Of a stretch of DNA of 64,000 nt, positions 37,346 through 48,676 are shown piece after piece. Position 1 is the stretch's first letter. Every line of letters starts with the position of its first letter. Source of the stretch: Harriotta raleighana (Eukaryota). Made by a program: the position numbers and the translations under genes. The stretch covers positions 4,619,600 through 4,683,599 of the forward strand of contig JBNZDD010013714.1 of NCBI GenBank assembly GCA_050575255.1, given 5' to 3'. Under the pieces are notes generated by a model. It ran no database searches. It was not told where the DNA came from and saw nothing but the letters and a program-made list of their open reading frames with translations.

Positions 37346-38514
37346 CAGTGAGGAGTGTGTGAGCAGTCGGCTAAAGGAATGGGGATATAGGTGCAGCTAA
37401 CTCTGTAGGAAACTCTTTGATCGCAGGCTCTTATTGTGAAGCTCTGGTTTGTAGGCCGCACAGCCAGGTCAAGTCTTTGAGTCTTCTAATCACACAGCTC
37501 AAGCACAGTCCCCTTGCCACAAAGCCTCTTTTCATGCCTATTTAATGCATCAGAAGTGCTTTCAAGTGCGCTTTGATAAATCATAGAAAGTGTTATTCCA
37601 GTCGCTCAATAACCGTACCTGGCTTTTCAGATCCCAAGACAGCTGTTCCCTCCTGCCTTATTTTCGCCGCTGATGGTAATTCATTTCAGTTGAGCTCACT
37701 GGCTCATTCCACATTTATTTGCACATCATGAGCGATGTCATTTTACTTACCCTGAAGACAGTAAATGGTTTGAAAAATGTAACTGTAACAAATATTAGAG
37801 GGAAGAAGCAGTGCTGGACCTTTACATTGCAGCCAAAATAACAACGTTATGAATAAATCATGTTACTGAATTATCTCAGTCATTTCTTGGCTGTTGGGGA
37901 AATCAAAGACCCTGCATAAACTCGTTTAACTCCTTTGGGGATAAATTTCCTATACTAACCCAGCAGCTAAGTTTGCTTTGCCGATGCAAAGTTAAATAAA
38001 ATATTACTGTAAGGTCATAAAAATAATTAGTTGTGTCTCATCTCCTCTCTCCCTGGAAATCAAATTTGACCCTTATGTTTTATGTATGTTTTGCACCAAA
38101 GACATTGTAAAGATACCATTGGCTACAATTACACAATACATCTTCTGTCCTCTGACTTCTTCTTGTGCTTATCTATACAACAGACAAACTGTAAATTTAG
38201 GGAATGTTTTGCCTTACGAATAAATTGCAAGGACGGTGATCAATGGCTTTTAAAATCCTTCTTCTTTTCCACTCGCACCAAAATCGAGTTGTAATTTTAA
38301 TAGGCACACGCAATGCCAGTGAAGTTTCCTCCGCATATGAAACGGTGGTTACGTCTTGCATCAAATTGTTGTCACCGTCCCAAACGGGAGACTAATCTGA
38401 AATTAATTTGCTAATTCAAGGGCCACAGTATACCTTCATTGCAACATACAGTGAGGAGAATGGTAAATGAAATCATCTGTTATTATTATTCTGCATTTCC
38501 ACTCCCCCTGATCT

Positions 38515-38845
38515 ATCCACTGGCTCAGTTGGTAAAGCAACTATCCAGTGTGAAATAGAAGTATGCAATCTGGGAGAGGTGTGACTCCTTGTTCTCTAGC
38601 TGACATTAGCTATGGTTGGCAGGAGGTGCTCTGTAATGGGCTTCTCTCACTCAGCAAAGATATGGAAAAAAAAATGGCTCAAGTTCCCAAACTGGATTGC
38701 TATTTAGTTGACTGTGATAACATGTGTGATGATATGTTTTCACATTCATAGAGAATTTTAATCTTATTTAGGATTATTGATGAGGCATCCCACCATCTCT
38801 GCAAGTAATAGGACATTTGAGAGGCAACAATGGGTGCCAGAACTA
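38515..38845 (+). mobile_element. AmnSINE2-like ancient tRNA-SINE
   Basis: A box tggctcagttgg, then tagctgacattagc...ggaaaaaaaaatggctcaagttcccaaactggattgctatttag, resembling the remembered AmnSINE2 body. Confidence 0.55.
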
Positions 38846-38900
38846 TATGGAATGGTACAGCACAGATAGAGGCCATTCGGACGAATCATCCTCGCTGGCA
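38846..38900 (-). mobile_element. CR1 3' end fragment
   Basis: ggaatggtacagcacagatagaggccattcgg. Confidence 0.6.
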
Positions 38901-39108
38901 TTTATACTCCATCTGTGACACCAGCTTTCGTAAACTCTTCTATACACATTTATTTGCTGTTACTATAGTAAACCTCACACAAATCATATCAGTTAGTACC
39001 ATACATTAATATGACTTATGTGTTATGTCAAACTTGCATAAAATATAAAACTCTTGAATGGGAATTGGACTGATGTTCAGTTTAGGTGATTGAACGATTT
39101 ATACAGAT

Positions 39109-39407
39109 ACAACAACAACAACTTTGATTTATATGGCGCCCTTCATGCCGGATGGCATCTCAGAGCGCTTCACAATAACAGATCCCAGGGGCGAGCCAGG
39201 GGCAGGGGGAGAAAGGTGACTGAAGGTTCGGTTGAAGAGAAAAGTCTTTAGCTGAGACCTGAATCTGGGAACGGGCGAGAGGAGAGGCGAAGGGAGTGAG
39301 GAAGGGAGTTTCAGAGCCTCGGGGTGTAGTGGCTGAAGGCACGGCAGCCGATGGTGGAGCGGAGGATTTTGGGGTCAAGGAGGAGGCCAGACCCGGTGGA
39401 GCAAAGG
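39109..39407 (-). mobile_element. L2-clade LINE 3' end
   Basis: Minus strand reads LCSTGSGLLLDPKILRSTIGCRAFSHYTPRL*NSLPHSLR, then after a frameshift FRSQLKTFLF; (GTT)n tail. Confidence 0.88.
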
Positions 39408-39439
39408 CAACGATCAGACTTATGCAAGTTTTACTGTAT

Positions 39440-39620
39440 CTTCCAAAGCAGAGCAGAATAAATGGACAAGGATTAATGGTTGTAAATGGCGCGTTTAGAG
39501 CAGACACCAGGAAATATGTCTTTATTCAGTGGATTCAGCGGGTTAACAGGAAGGGTGGTTGAAATTAGAATGCTGGATTCAGTCCGGAAATGGCTTGATT
39601 ATACAGTGAGAAGATGGGGA
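39440..39620 (+). mobile_element. CR1 ORF2 C-terminal fragment
   Basis: RINGQGLMVVNGAFRADTRKYVFIQ resembles CR1 RTRGH.LK...RFR.D.RK.FFTQ. Confidence 0.65.
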
Positions 39621-41062
39621 GGATGGGTGTCCTTCAAATATTCTGGAGATCAAATGAACCATAGATTCAGATCAACCTTTTTCATAACAAGGTGTCACCG
39701 AATCTTAAAAGACGTTTGAAAAAGTAGTGAAGGCGGAGTAAATACTTCACGCTGTTCATTAAATAATGAAATGGTGAGGTGAAGAGCATGAGTAGCAAGC
39801 AGATGTTACCATCGTGGTGAGAACAAAAGACACAGAAAGGAGAACGGAATGGATAATAAGCATGTGGAGATCTGAAACTTTTCACATAACCCCTTTTTCA
39901 TTTGAGCTTTTGCATTTACCCACACATTGTTTGTGTCCACGTATTCCCTGGTGATATATAGCCCATGAACCCTGCCTGCTTGTTGGTATTCCCAGTAGTT
40001 GATTTGAGAGGATGTGTGAAGTTCCCTGGAGGCTAATGGTGGAATGTGACCATGTCAATCTGGGGATGCTTTTCTGCTTGTCCCATCATCTGTTCTTTAT
40101 CAGACGATGGATATAGATAATATTTTAATTTGGAGAGAAAGGTGGGGGTGGGTTAGGTTGACGAGGACGACAGAGGAAGGAATTGAAGTCAGTATCTGAG
40201 TTTGTCTCGCTCATTTACATGTGACAGTATTGTTCTTGAGATTAAAAGAATTGTGATACTTATTGTAAACAGGTGAATATTTAACAGAATTGTGAGCATT
40301 GTCATCAACAGATACAATGTTTGTCTCAAATTGTACAATTGCTATTGAATTTTTCCGAGTGCCATTTATGGTGAATTGTTCACAGTCAGTAAATTGGTAC
40401 TGTTATTTCTCCTACACATTTGTTGAGACATATTACTCTGGAGATAGGTTCCAACATCCAGTTTGGTTTATGTAAGATGCAATAGACTGTGTCAAAAAAT
40501 ATAAGGTGTGCCTAATTTAATATTTCTGTTAGAATAGAGAACTATAATTATTTTCAATGGAAAAAGGGGTTCTATTAACACTTTATCGGCTCTGTCTAAA
40601 ATGTGTATAATATATTGTGAGATGAATTTCTTGTGGTTTGAATCCCAAAGGGAAAATGAACTAGAAGAACAAGGAGATGGTAAGAAGCAGATGAAAGAAG
40701 CTGAAAACGAATACATGCGCACTAAAATCATTTGACTTCCTATGACAACCTAAGTGTAAAATATAGATTATAGAACAATCTTATTAATGAAGTGAAAGTT
40801 TCTTCCTCTTCATAAGAGATTCAGCTGAATTGAAATCGGAGGGAGAGAGTGAGACATATACCTTTTAGGCAAGGAATGAAGATACAAACAAAGCTGTAAA
40901 TTTGATATCCACAACCTAGTCAAGTAGAAGCAATGAAATTCCTGAGTCAAAATGGATTTCTGGATATAAAGGTTTTAATAAAACTGCATATTAGTAGTTC
41001 AAATTTATGTTCTTTCAAAGCATTAGATTAAAAAATATCTATAAATATATATATATCTTTCT

Positions 41063-41320
41063 GAGCAGTCTGGTTCAGTATGTAGAACTCTGAGTCATCA
41101 GATTGCTTGTTCAATCTCCTTGTCAGGACTTTGAATTAATTCAGTCCAGACACCCACACCAATACAATGCTGGAAGGGAGTGGTGCATTGTCAGAGTTTC
41201 ATCCTTTGGATTAGTCTTTACACCAAGGTCCTGTCTGCCTGTTCCGGTTGATGTTAACATCCTGTGTGCTGCTAGAAAAGAGAAGGGAGTTTCTCCTGAT
41301 GTCCTAACCAACAATCCCTC
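41063..41320 (+). mobile_element. Deu-domain SINE (family B), head and core
   Basis: gggagtggtgcattgtcagag...ccaaggtcctgtctgcctgttccggttgatgttaac...gaaaagagaagggagtttctcctgatgtcct. Confidence 0.85.
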
Positions 41321-41609
41321 TTGAAATGGGATTGAAAATTGAAGATTAAATACATCAGCTCATATTCCTGTTGAATCTGAAATACTGTCTGATCGTCTGT
41401 AGTATTTCAGGTTGACTCTGGTTGACTCAAAGCTAATTCACAAAATCTCAGCTTCGAACTGCCGAGGACATGTCCAGTCAGCTCTGAGATACAACAGGTT
41501 ACTGTCTGGATTCCCTGTTACCCAGGAATTGTAAGTCGATCCAGATGTGAACCTTTTAGACCCCAAATGTGAGCTGTCAGTAGTGTTTGATGCATACAGG
41601 AGAGAGAAG

Positions 41610-41712
41610 TATATTTTTCCCACAAAATATAGAGTTAAATCACTTTACAATATATTCTGTGATGCACCTCGAAGATGCAATAAGCCACAATGTCAAATGC
41701 AAAGATTATTAT
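41610..41712 (+). mobile_element. SINE 3' tail
   Basis: cactttacaatatattctgtga...tcaaatgcaaagattatta. Confidence 0.7.
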
Positions 41713-41714
41713 AA

Positions 41715-41840
41715 GGGAATGGCATTGGTATGGATGGAGGAAAGGGAGGGGGAAATTAGGTTGGATTGGGGTTGCTTTGGAGTCTAAATACTAGTGCAGT
41801 ATAGACTAACTGGGCTCGAAGACCTATTTCCATGTTGTGT
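41715..41840 (+). mobile_element. CR1 3' UTR, decayed
   Basis: tagactaactgggctcgaagacctatttccatgttgt. Confidence 0.5.
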
Positions 41841-43869
41841 TTTATACGTAACTGAATGACATTTGGAGTCTTTGAAGGGTTCAAAAGTAAAGTGTGATAT
41901 GGAACTGAATGAAGCTCTGGTTTAGTTTCATGTGAAACCAAAATGGAGAATTGGTACAAAACCAAAGTCCAAGTTTATCGCAACACCTCATTCACTTATA
42001 CACTATACCGCTCAGCCAGGTTATGAAGTGCTACTTTATTCCTGGCCAACTCCAGGAGAACAGTAAAGTAAATTAACTATATTCTGTGTGCAAAAAGCAT
42101 CTATTCTTTTCACAACCAGGCAAACGGTGCAAGCTAAGACTGCAGCAGAAAATCCACAAAAAGTACTTTAACTGCACATTCATTCGAATGGAGCACCACA
42201 CGTTGTTTCACTCCGAACCCTTTTGACAAAATAAGTTTAAATAATTACCAATAAAACTGACTATTTTTCATGCTTATTCATAATAGTGAAGGTTTGGGAC
42301 TGAAATCTGAAAAGTACTGATTCATTTAATTCCTTTTACCTTGCAAAAGAAATAGCCCTCAATTTATATCTTCATTCTCCCTTTTTTTGAAAGGTTAAAC
42401 CTGTCCTTTGCAGTGTATTCTGCAGAATTTTGGCAAACATAACCGTTGTAGTGAAGGATAAAAATTCTCATAATGCAAACTTGCTAAAGGCCCTTTTACT
42501 ACCCAATAAAAAACAAAATCAGTGAATACAGGTCTCAGCATATGTATCGTACAGAATGCATTGAGCAGAAGCTGCACTGTGACTTTTATCTGTTACATTA
42601 TGTCAGTGATATGTTGATATCAGATAAGGTGGAAATTACATTGCTTGTGCCATTCTTCCCCCCCACCCTGAAAACAAGCGGTTTTTCCTTTTTTTAAAAA
42701 AAAAACAATACAGTTTGGAGAACAATGATTCCATTCAAAAGTATCTAAATGTTCGTTGCCTATTTAAACAACTGGTGAACTTCCACTTTGCAGAGCTGTT
42801 TCTGACACTTGATCGTGGGAGTAGCCAAGTACATTTTGCGGAGCATGCAAATAAGACCGCCATTCAGCAAAGCCTTTACCGATTTAATAATCAACTAAAT
42901 TCAGATAATCATGTTGTTATGTTTATGAATCAAACCATGTCAGTCAGCTTAGAAAGATCACTGATTCATTTACAGCTGTTTTATCCTTTGAAAAGTATCA
43001 ACAGGCAAATTCAAAATCTGTTATGTGAGCACAGGCATAAGGAGTCAGCCACGTGAATCTGTCTTGTCGCTGAATTTCTGATTAAGAAAGGAATCTTATA
43101 GTTCATGTTTTATATTCCAACAAATCCAACTGCCTAACTGGACTTTCAGTCTCCCGTCAAGAGGAGACACCTTCACTTCCTTATTAATTATTTTATGTGT
43201 TTCATGATTTCAGATTGGGGTCTCTATCGCTCTGAGACATTGCATACATTTTAAATTTACCAGCAGCTGTAATAAAACAAGTTGAGGTATGTTGTGTGGA
43301 TTGTTGAGTGTCACCTAATCTTCCAAACATCTGGAAAAGGACAGGAGGGAAAACCTTTACACCAGAAATTTGTCGCTTCTAGGCAGAGACACATCTGGTG
43401 AAGAAGGGAACCTTTGCCTTTTAACCATCTCTGCAAAACAATACATCCTTATGTTGCTTTCCCTTTTCAAGCAGTTTGGTTGAAGAGTAAAATTAAAATG
43501 TGTGCTTCATGTTAAGTGATCTCGTGAAGGAACATTTAGAGCAACATAAGGAAAGCTTGTGCAAATATACTACCAATTTCCTTATATAATATAAAAACCT
43601 ACGCATTTTCCAAAATCAATGAAAGATGTCAGATCCTATATCTAAACAAAAGGGAGGACAATGAAATGCTAGAAGCAGAGGCGCTGAGCAGCAATTCAGA
43701 GCAATCCACAGTTGTGAATGACACACTTCAATTGTTAATGCACCTTTGAAATTGTCCCCCTGCGACATCAAACAAATCCTTGAGCATGTTAAATGAATAC
43801 CACTGATGAAAAAGAACCATTTCAAATAGATATCCAATACATTCATCCCACCTCCCTCCATATTTTCAA

Positions 43870-44030
43870 GTTAAGACAAGGTCTGTCGATTGAACTAGGA
43901 ACCAGTCCCCAAAGTGAATATACAGGCTATTGGGAAAGGGCAATAGAATGTAAGGATTGTTCTTCAAAAGTACCAGCACAGACACAATGACCCAAATGGC
44001 CTTCTTCTGTGCTGCAAATTTCTATGGTTC
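43870..44030 (+). mobile_element. CR1 3' end
   Basis: caaaagtaccagcacagacacaatgacccaaatggccttcttctgtgctgcaaatttctatggttc, the reverse complement of the 8836-8900 type. Confidence 0.8.
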
Positions 44031-45074
44031 CAAGTCTTTTCACTGATCAACTGCATGATCAACTAACACAATTACCTTCATGATACCTAAATACGTTTCT
44101 TTGCCAATAATGTAGACTATTAAGTGATTGGCTGATTAATGGACAGCCCATAATGGAACATCAAAGGACATTATCTGTGCATTAGTAATACAAACTGAAA
44201 GGTAAAATAATATAGTCAAGGTCTGGAAGTTCCACATTTCTAAATCTTTAACACTACTGTAAATGGTGAAAAAGATATTAGCTTCACATTAGTAAGTAGA
44301 AAATAAGTTGATCAACCATTTAAAATATGGAGAGTTAATTGGAAGTGGAGATATTAAAGTCATAGAACCAATCTTTAGCTCAATTTTCATCAGGTCCACA
44401 ACACTGTTCAGGAATTGCACTCCTGGAGTAATGTAGTTTGATAGGAATGTGACTATTTCCTGCCCGACCCAAGTGAGCCAGTGGAAATTTAGAATGTACT
44501 GAGTCCAATTATTATAACCAGAATGATACTCAAGCCTTTGGTAGTCGAGAGGATACAGCCCACGATTGCTGAGTATGATTAAAAACAGCAAGACATTTGC
44601 ATCAAATCAGGAAATATTATGAAGCATAGTCCAGACTTTAGTCTGCACAGTGCACCAATGACCCCATATGTTCAATAAACAGCCTGAAAGAGAAAATCAG
44701 TAGGAGGCAGCCTTGTTATAGTAGCAGTGGGGTAAGAAGAAGAGTGTCTACCTTTTACCATAACTGATGCCTTCGTTCCACCTAATGAACTCAAGCTTAT
44801 ATCAAACCAGCTATGAACTATGAAGCTGTGAAGGGTCAATAGCCCAGTCAGATACTATGACTAGCTTCTCGGATTCCTTTCACACCAAAATGAGAAACAG
44901 AAATTGTTTGATAGTTATCTGTTCCATGTCTGCCTTTTAATAAACTCAACTTCAGCTTAGCATACGAGCACCAAAATTGCACTCTGCGAATGCAATCTTA
45001 AAAAGAATTTACTTTGAAATTTTCAGAGTGATCAGATGAGAGTTCTGAGATCATTTAGTAGGGATTTTTCTGTA

Positions 45075-45225
45075 CTAATAATCCTTATATTTGATAAAGC
45101 CTCTTTCACATTGGGAAGATGTCCATCCCAAAGTGCATCAAAAGATGTACTGTGAAATGTAATGACTGTAATTTGTGGGTGAATGTGGCAGCCAATTTGC
45201 ATGCAGCAATGTTCCACAATCAGCT
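45075..45225 (-). mobile_element. SINE 3' half
   Basis: taataatccttatatttgata...tttgtgggtgaatgtggcagccaatttgc. Confidence 0.8.
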
Positions 45226-45308
45226 AAAATAATGAGACTAAGACATAATTCTAAGAAATAATACATATAGAAATGGAGATTAGTGCGGTAATAAAATAAA
45301 ATGCCTGT

Positions 45309-45621
45309 GGAGCTCCTGTAGCTCAGTGGTTAGAGCACTTGCCTTACAAGCGTGAGACCTGTGTTTGAATCCAGGCAGATCAGGGCGAAATCTTGGGCAA
45401 GTTTCCTTACTCCACACACCTAATAATAATCCGTCCAAAAAACCCACAACAACAAAATTGGTCATTTGAATCCATGACTGTTTGTAGGATACTGCTGTGC
45501 AGAATTCACTGCCGCATTTCGCCCACAACTATAGTCAATTCACTTTACTGTATTTTCTGAGAAGCGCTTTGAGATGTGATAAGATATGAAACGCACTATA
45601 TCAAATGCAAGGATTATTATT
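45309..45621 (+). mobile_element. Full-length family A SINE
   Basis: A box tagctcagtgg (45319), B box gtttgaatcc (45363), body, tail ctatatcaaatgcaaggattattatt. Confidence 0.92.
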
Positions 45622-46048
45622 TTTACAGTATTATATACCCATTGGACCCTGATATTTTATTGTAAGAAAGAGAATGTGTGGCTGGAGTCATTTTTGAAAT
45701 CATATAACCCCAGTCTGCATTATCAAACGCTTTGAGAAATCCACCCAATATGAAAGGCACTAGGAAATTATTATTGTTAACAGTAAATTGTTTTGTATTG
45801 TAAAGTAATCTGCTACTTACTGCGGGACTGGATCAAATTGCAGAGGGTTCAAATTATCAATCAAATAATCCAGATAACCAAACACAGGCATAAATCCTGC
45901 CTTATATCTTAACTGTTTGAAATGACAAAATTACCTACTTGATGCAGGCCACCACAACCTACCAGATTACATGCATTGTAACTGTGCCAACTAGTCGTTC
46001 GCACATTGATTCTGGCAAAGAGCGTTTCACTTTACCCTAACATAAACA

Positions 46049-46415
46049 TGGCTCAGTTGGTCGAACTCTCAAAATTATTTTGTCTTGTAACTCTCGCCTT
46101 TGAGTCAGAAGATTGTGGGTTCAAGCCCCACTTCAGGAGTTTGAGCTCATAGACTATAGCAGGAACCCCAATACAGTACTTTGAAAGCATTGTGTTATTC
46201 TAGATGTTAAAGTGTGTGCTTGCCTGCCTGTTCATTAAAGATCCCATGGTAGTACTTGAAAACGAAAAAAGGAGTTTCTCCAAATGTCCTGACAACAGTC
46301 CCCCAGATCAAATTGGTCATTCACTTCATGGCCTTTGTAGGGTATTCCTAGCTTCAAATTCACTGCAATTCTCCGAGACACTTGGCTGCTTGATATAAAT
46401 ATTGGTTGTTGTTGT
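46049..46415 (+). mobile_element. Deu-domain SINE (family B) with internal deletions
   Basis: tggctcagttgg...ctctcgcctttgagtcagaagattgtgggttcaagccccac...ttaaagatcccatgg. Confidence 0.85.
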
Positions 46416-48194
46416 CAGATTTGTCCACAAACCCCAAAGTGAAGTTGCTAACCTCGGAAGTGTCATTAATATTTCAAAATACTCCTTTAACTCTTTCTGA
46501 ACAATCTGTTTGAAACTATACTAATGGATTCTATACTAATGAATCATACAAACAGTATCTCTTGCACCTCTAGACTGCAGGGTTAATCACCCATGCAAGT
46601 AGACTGCAGCTTGATAAGATTAAAACAATGATATCTATCTGTGACCCTGGCTACCCAGCATCAATTCCCTGGAGTCCAGAATAGCAGCAAGCCATGAATA
46701 GACACACTAGAATGAAATGAAAAATCACGTTTCATGAAATTAATCAGATTTCATACATCCTACCAGTCCTATCTCATCCTTTAGCCTGTTAAGTGCCACA
46801 AATGATTATCTGGGAAAGAAAGAATATAAAAACTGACCCAACAATGGGTCAGTTATTATATTCCTATCTCCCCACACACTACGCTACATAAAGACTTCAT
46901 CTGACCAGGTTAGTAGGGCAAGTCCTGTTTTAAAAAAGCATTTTTTAAAAATACAGTAATTTAGAAAATAATCCGCAGTTGAACCTAACATCAATAGTAA
47001 CATGAAGATATTAAATTTGTTTATATTGTTTTCACTCGTTGGTGTGATTGGAAGCCATATGCTTTTCCCTAGGTATCAATCTGTGAGAGCATTTAGTATG
47101 TACTGAAGGCTAAGTCAAGTACAGCATCAGGGCCAAGCCCCCAGGCCTTGCTTGATATCCTGATCATCCATCATCCATTGTCGGTGCATATTCTGGCAAA
47201 GAACGTTTCACTTTCCCAGAACATAAATATGACCATGATGGAAAAGGATCATGTTTTACCAAATGCCGTGAAACGATGAATCATTTAGAACTGGAACATT
47301 ATTCTGTAAAATGGACTGACTGCCCTTCATGTTCTGTCGTATTTATAAATCTCCCATACCGTGAAGAAGTAATCAAAATCTCTGTGGCTCAAATTAGTAA
47401 TATTTAAAAGGCAAGGCGCAGCGAGCAATGTCTTTTCTTTGGCTAAAGACATTTGAATAATTGTTTTTAAAAATGTATCAAATATTAAGAAATACAAAGC
47501 AGGTCATTTAAAAGAAAATTGATATGCAGCATGCTCGCAGATAATGGGGACTTTTGTTCACAGTGATACGTTGTAACTAAGCTTTGAAGCAAATGCCTTG
47601 ACACAGCAAAAAGTACAAATCCTCCATTAAATGTAAGAGTTGCAAAGTCAGATGGTATCACAGAGGACAAGTAAATATTTCATTGAAAATGAAAGCTGAA
47701 AGGATCAAACGGATAAAAACCATCTTGAACATCCCTTTTCCTGGATGTGTGATGGGAATCAAAATTGAATGTGGATCAGGGTATTTTTTTGTTCCCTTGT
47801 TGTATGTGTTTTATCTCCCCAAGAGTTTAACATAATGTTTATGGATATATATATATATATTGCATATTCAAAACCTTAAGAAAGGAAAGTGTTGTCCAGC
47901 AGTAATGTTAGTGCTGCTTTGTTAGATCCACTCACTGGTGGATGTTAAATTCACTTATCCGATTAAAGAAAGCTGGCAAATTGGGATATATCATTTGCTA
48001 AACTTTGAGCAGCAAATCCATCGTTACAGTATTGCTTTCAAATTATAGATTTAATTCAAGTTACCCATATCTTAATTTAAGACATCAATTGTTTGAACAA
48101 ATTACCAGATGGTAGTATGTACTGAGAGATAGCAAACATATTTGGGCTATATCTTTATTATAGATATAATTATTTGTGTCCTTTCAGCTGGTAT

Positions 48195-48340
48195 GCCTTA
48201 CGCCCTTCTTCTACCATTCTGTCTCACCCCCCTCTCTGTCTGTCTTTAAATCTCACCTAAAAATGTATCTCTTTGCCCACACCTATAATCACCTCTCCTT
48301 CCCCTTAGCTTTGTGTCTGATTCACATCCTTGTGAAGTTG
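48195..48340 (+). mobile_element. L2 3' fragment, decayed
   Basis: tctttaaatctcacctaaaaatgtatctcttt (FKSHLKMYLF) followed by a pyrimidine-rich UTR. Confidence 0.55.
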
Positions 48341-48551
48341 CTGTAGGAACTTTTCTGAACTCTGGTTTACCTAACAGCAGACGTTTCTAGCTCAACTATT
48401 AACCATGAGCTCTAAAGCTATTAAGCCCTTTTGCTGAAACTGTAGGCGACTAACGTCCAGTTATATTCCAGGAATTAGTTTAATCTGATGCATTTAAAAA
48501 GGAATTCAGATACTGGACTGCAGTAACACAACACTGGTCCTGGCTACCCAC

Positions 48552-48676
48552 AAATTGGCTGCTGCATTTGCCTACAAACACACAGTCACTGCACTTCACA
48601 GTGAAATCCTTCGAAGTGCTTTCAAACATTTCAGCCACTTGATAAAACTCAATACCAAATGTAAGGATTATTATTA
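48552..48676 (+). mobile_element. SINE 3' half
   Basis: aaattggctgctgcatttgcctacaaac...caaatgtaaggattattatt. Confidence 0.8.

Noticed and set aside
36919-37461. ORFs spanning the second gap
   Set aside because: Artefacts of translating Ns.
41381-41391. aatactgtctg resembling miR-429/miR-200
   Set aside because: Only 11 nt match, on the 5' arm, and the rest of the mature sequence is absent.
45309-45385. tRNA genes here and at 4930, 33772, 50675
   Set aside because: A/B boxes continue into SINE bodies, and no intact acceptor stem is evident.
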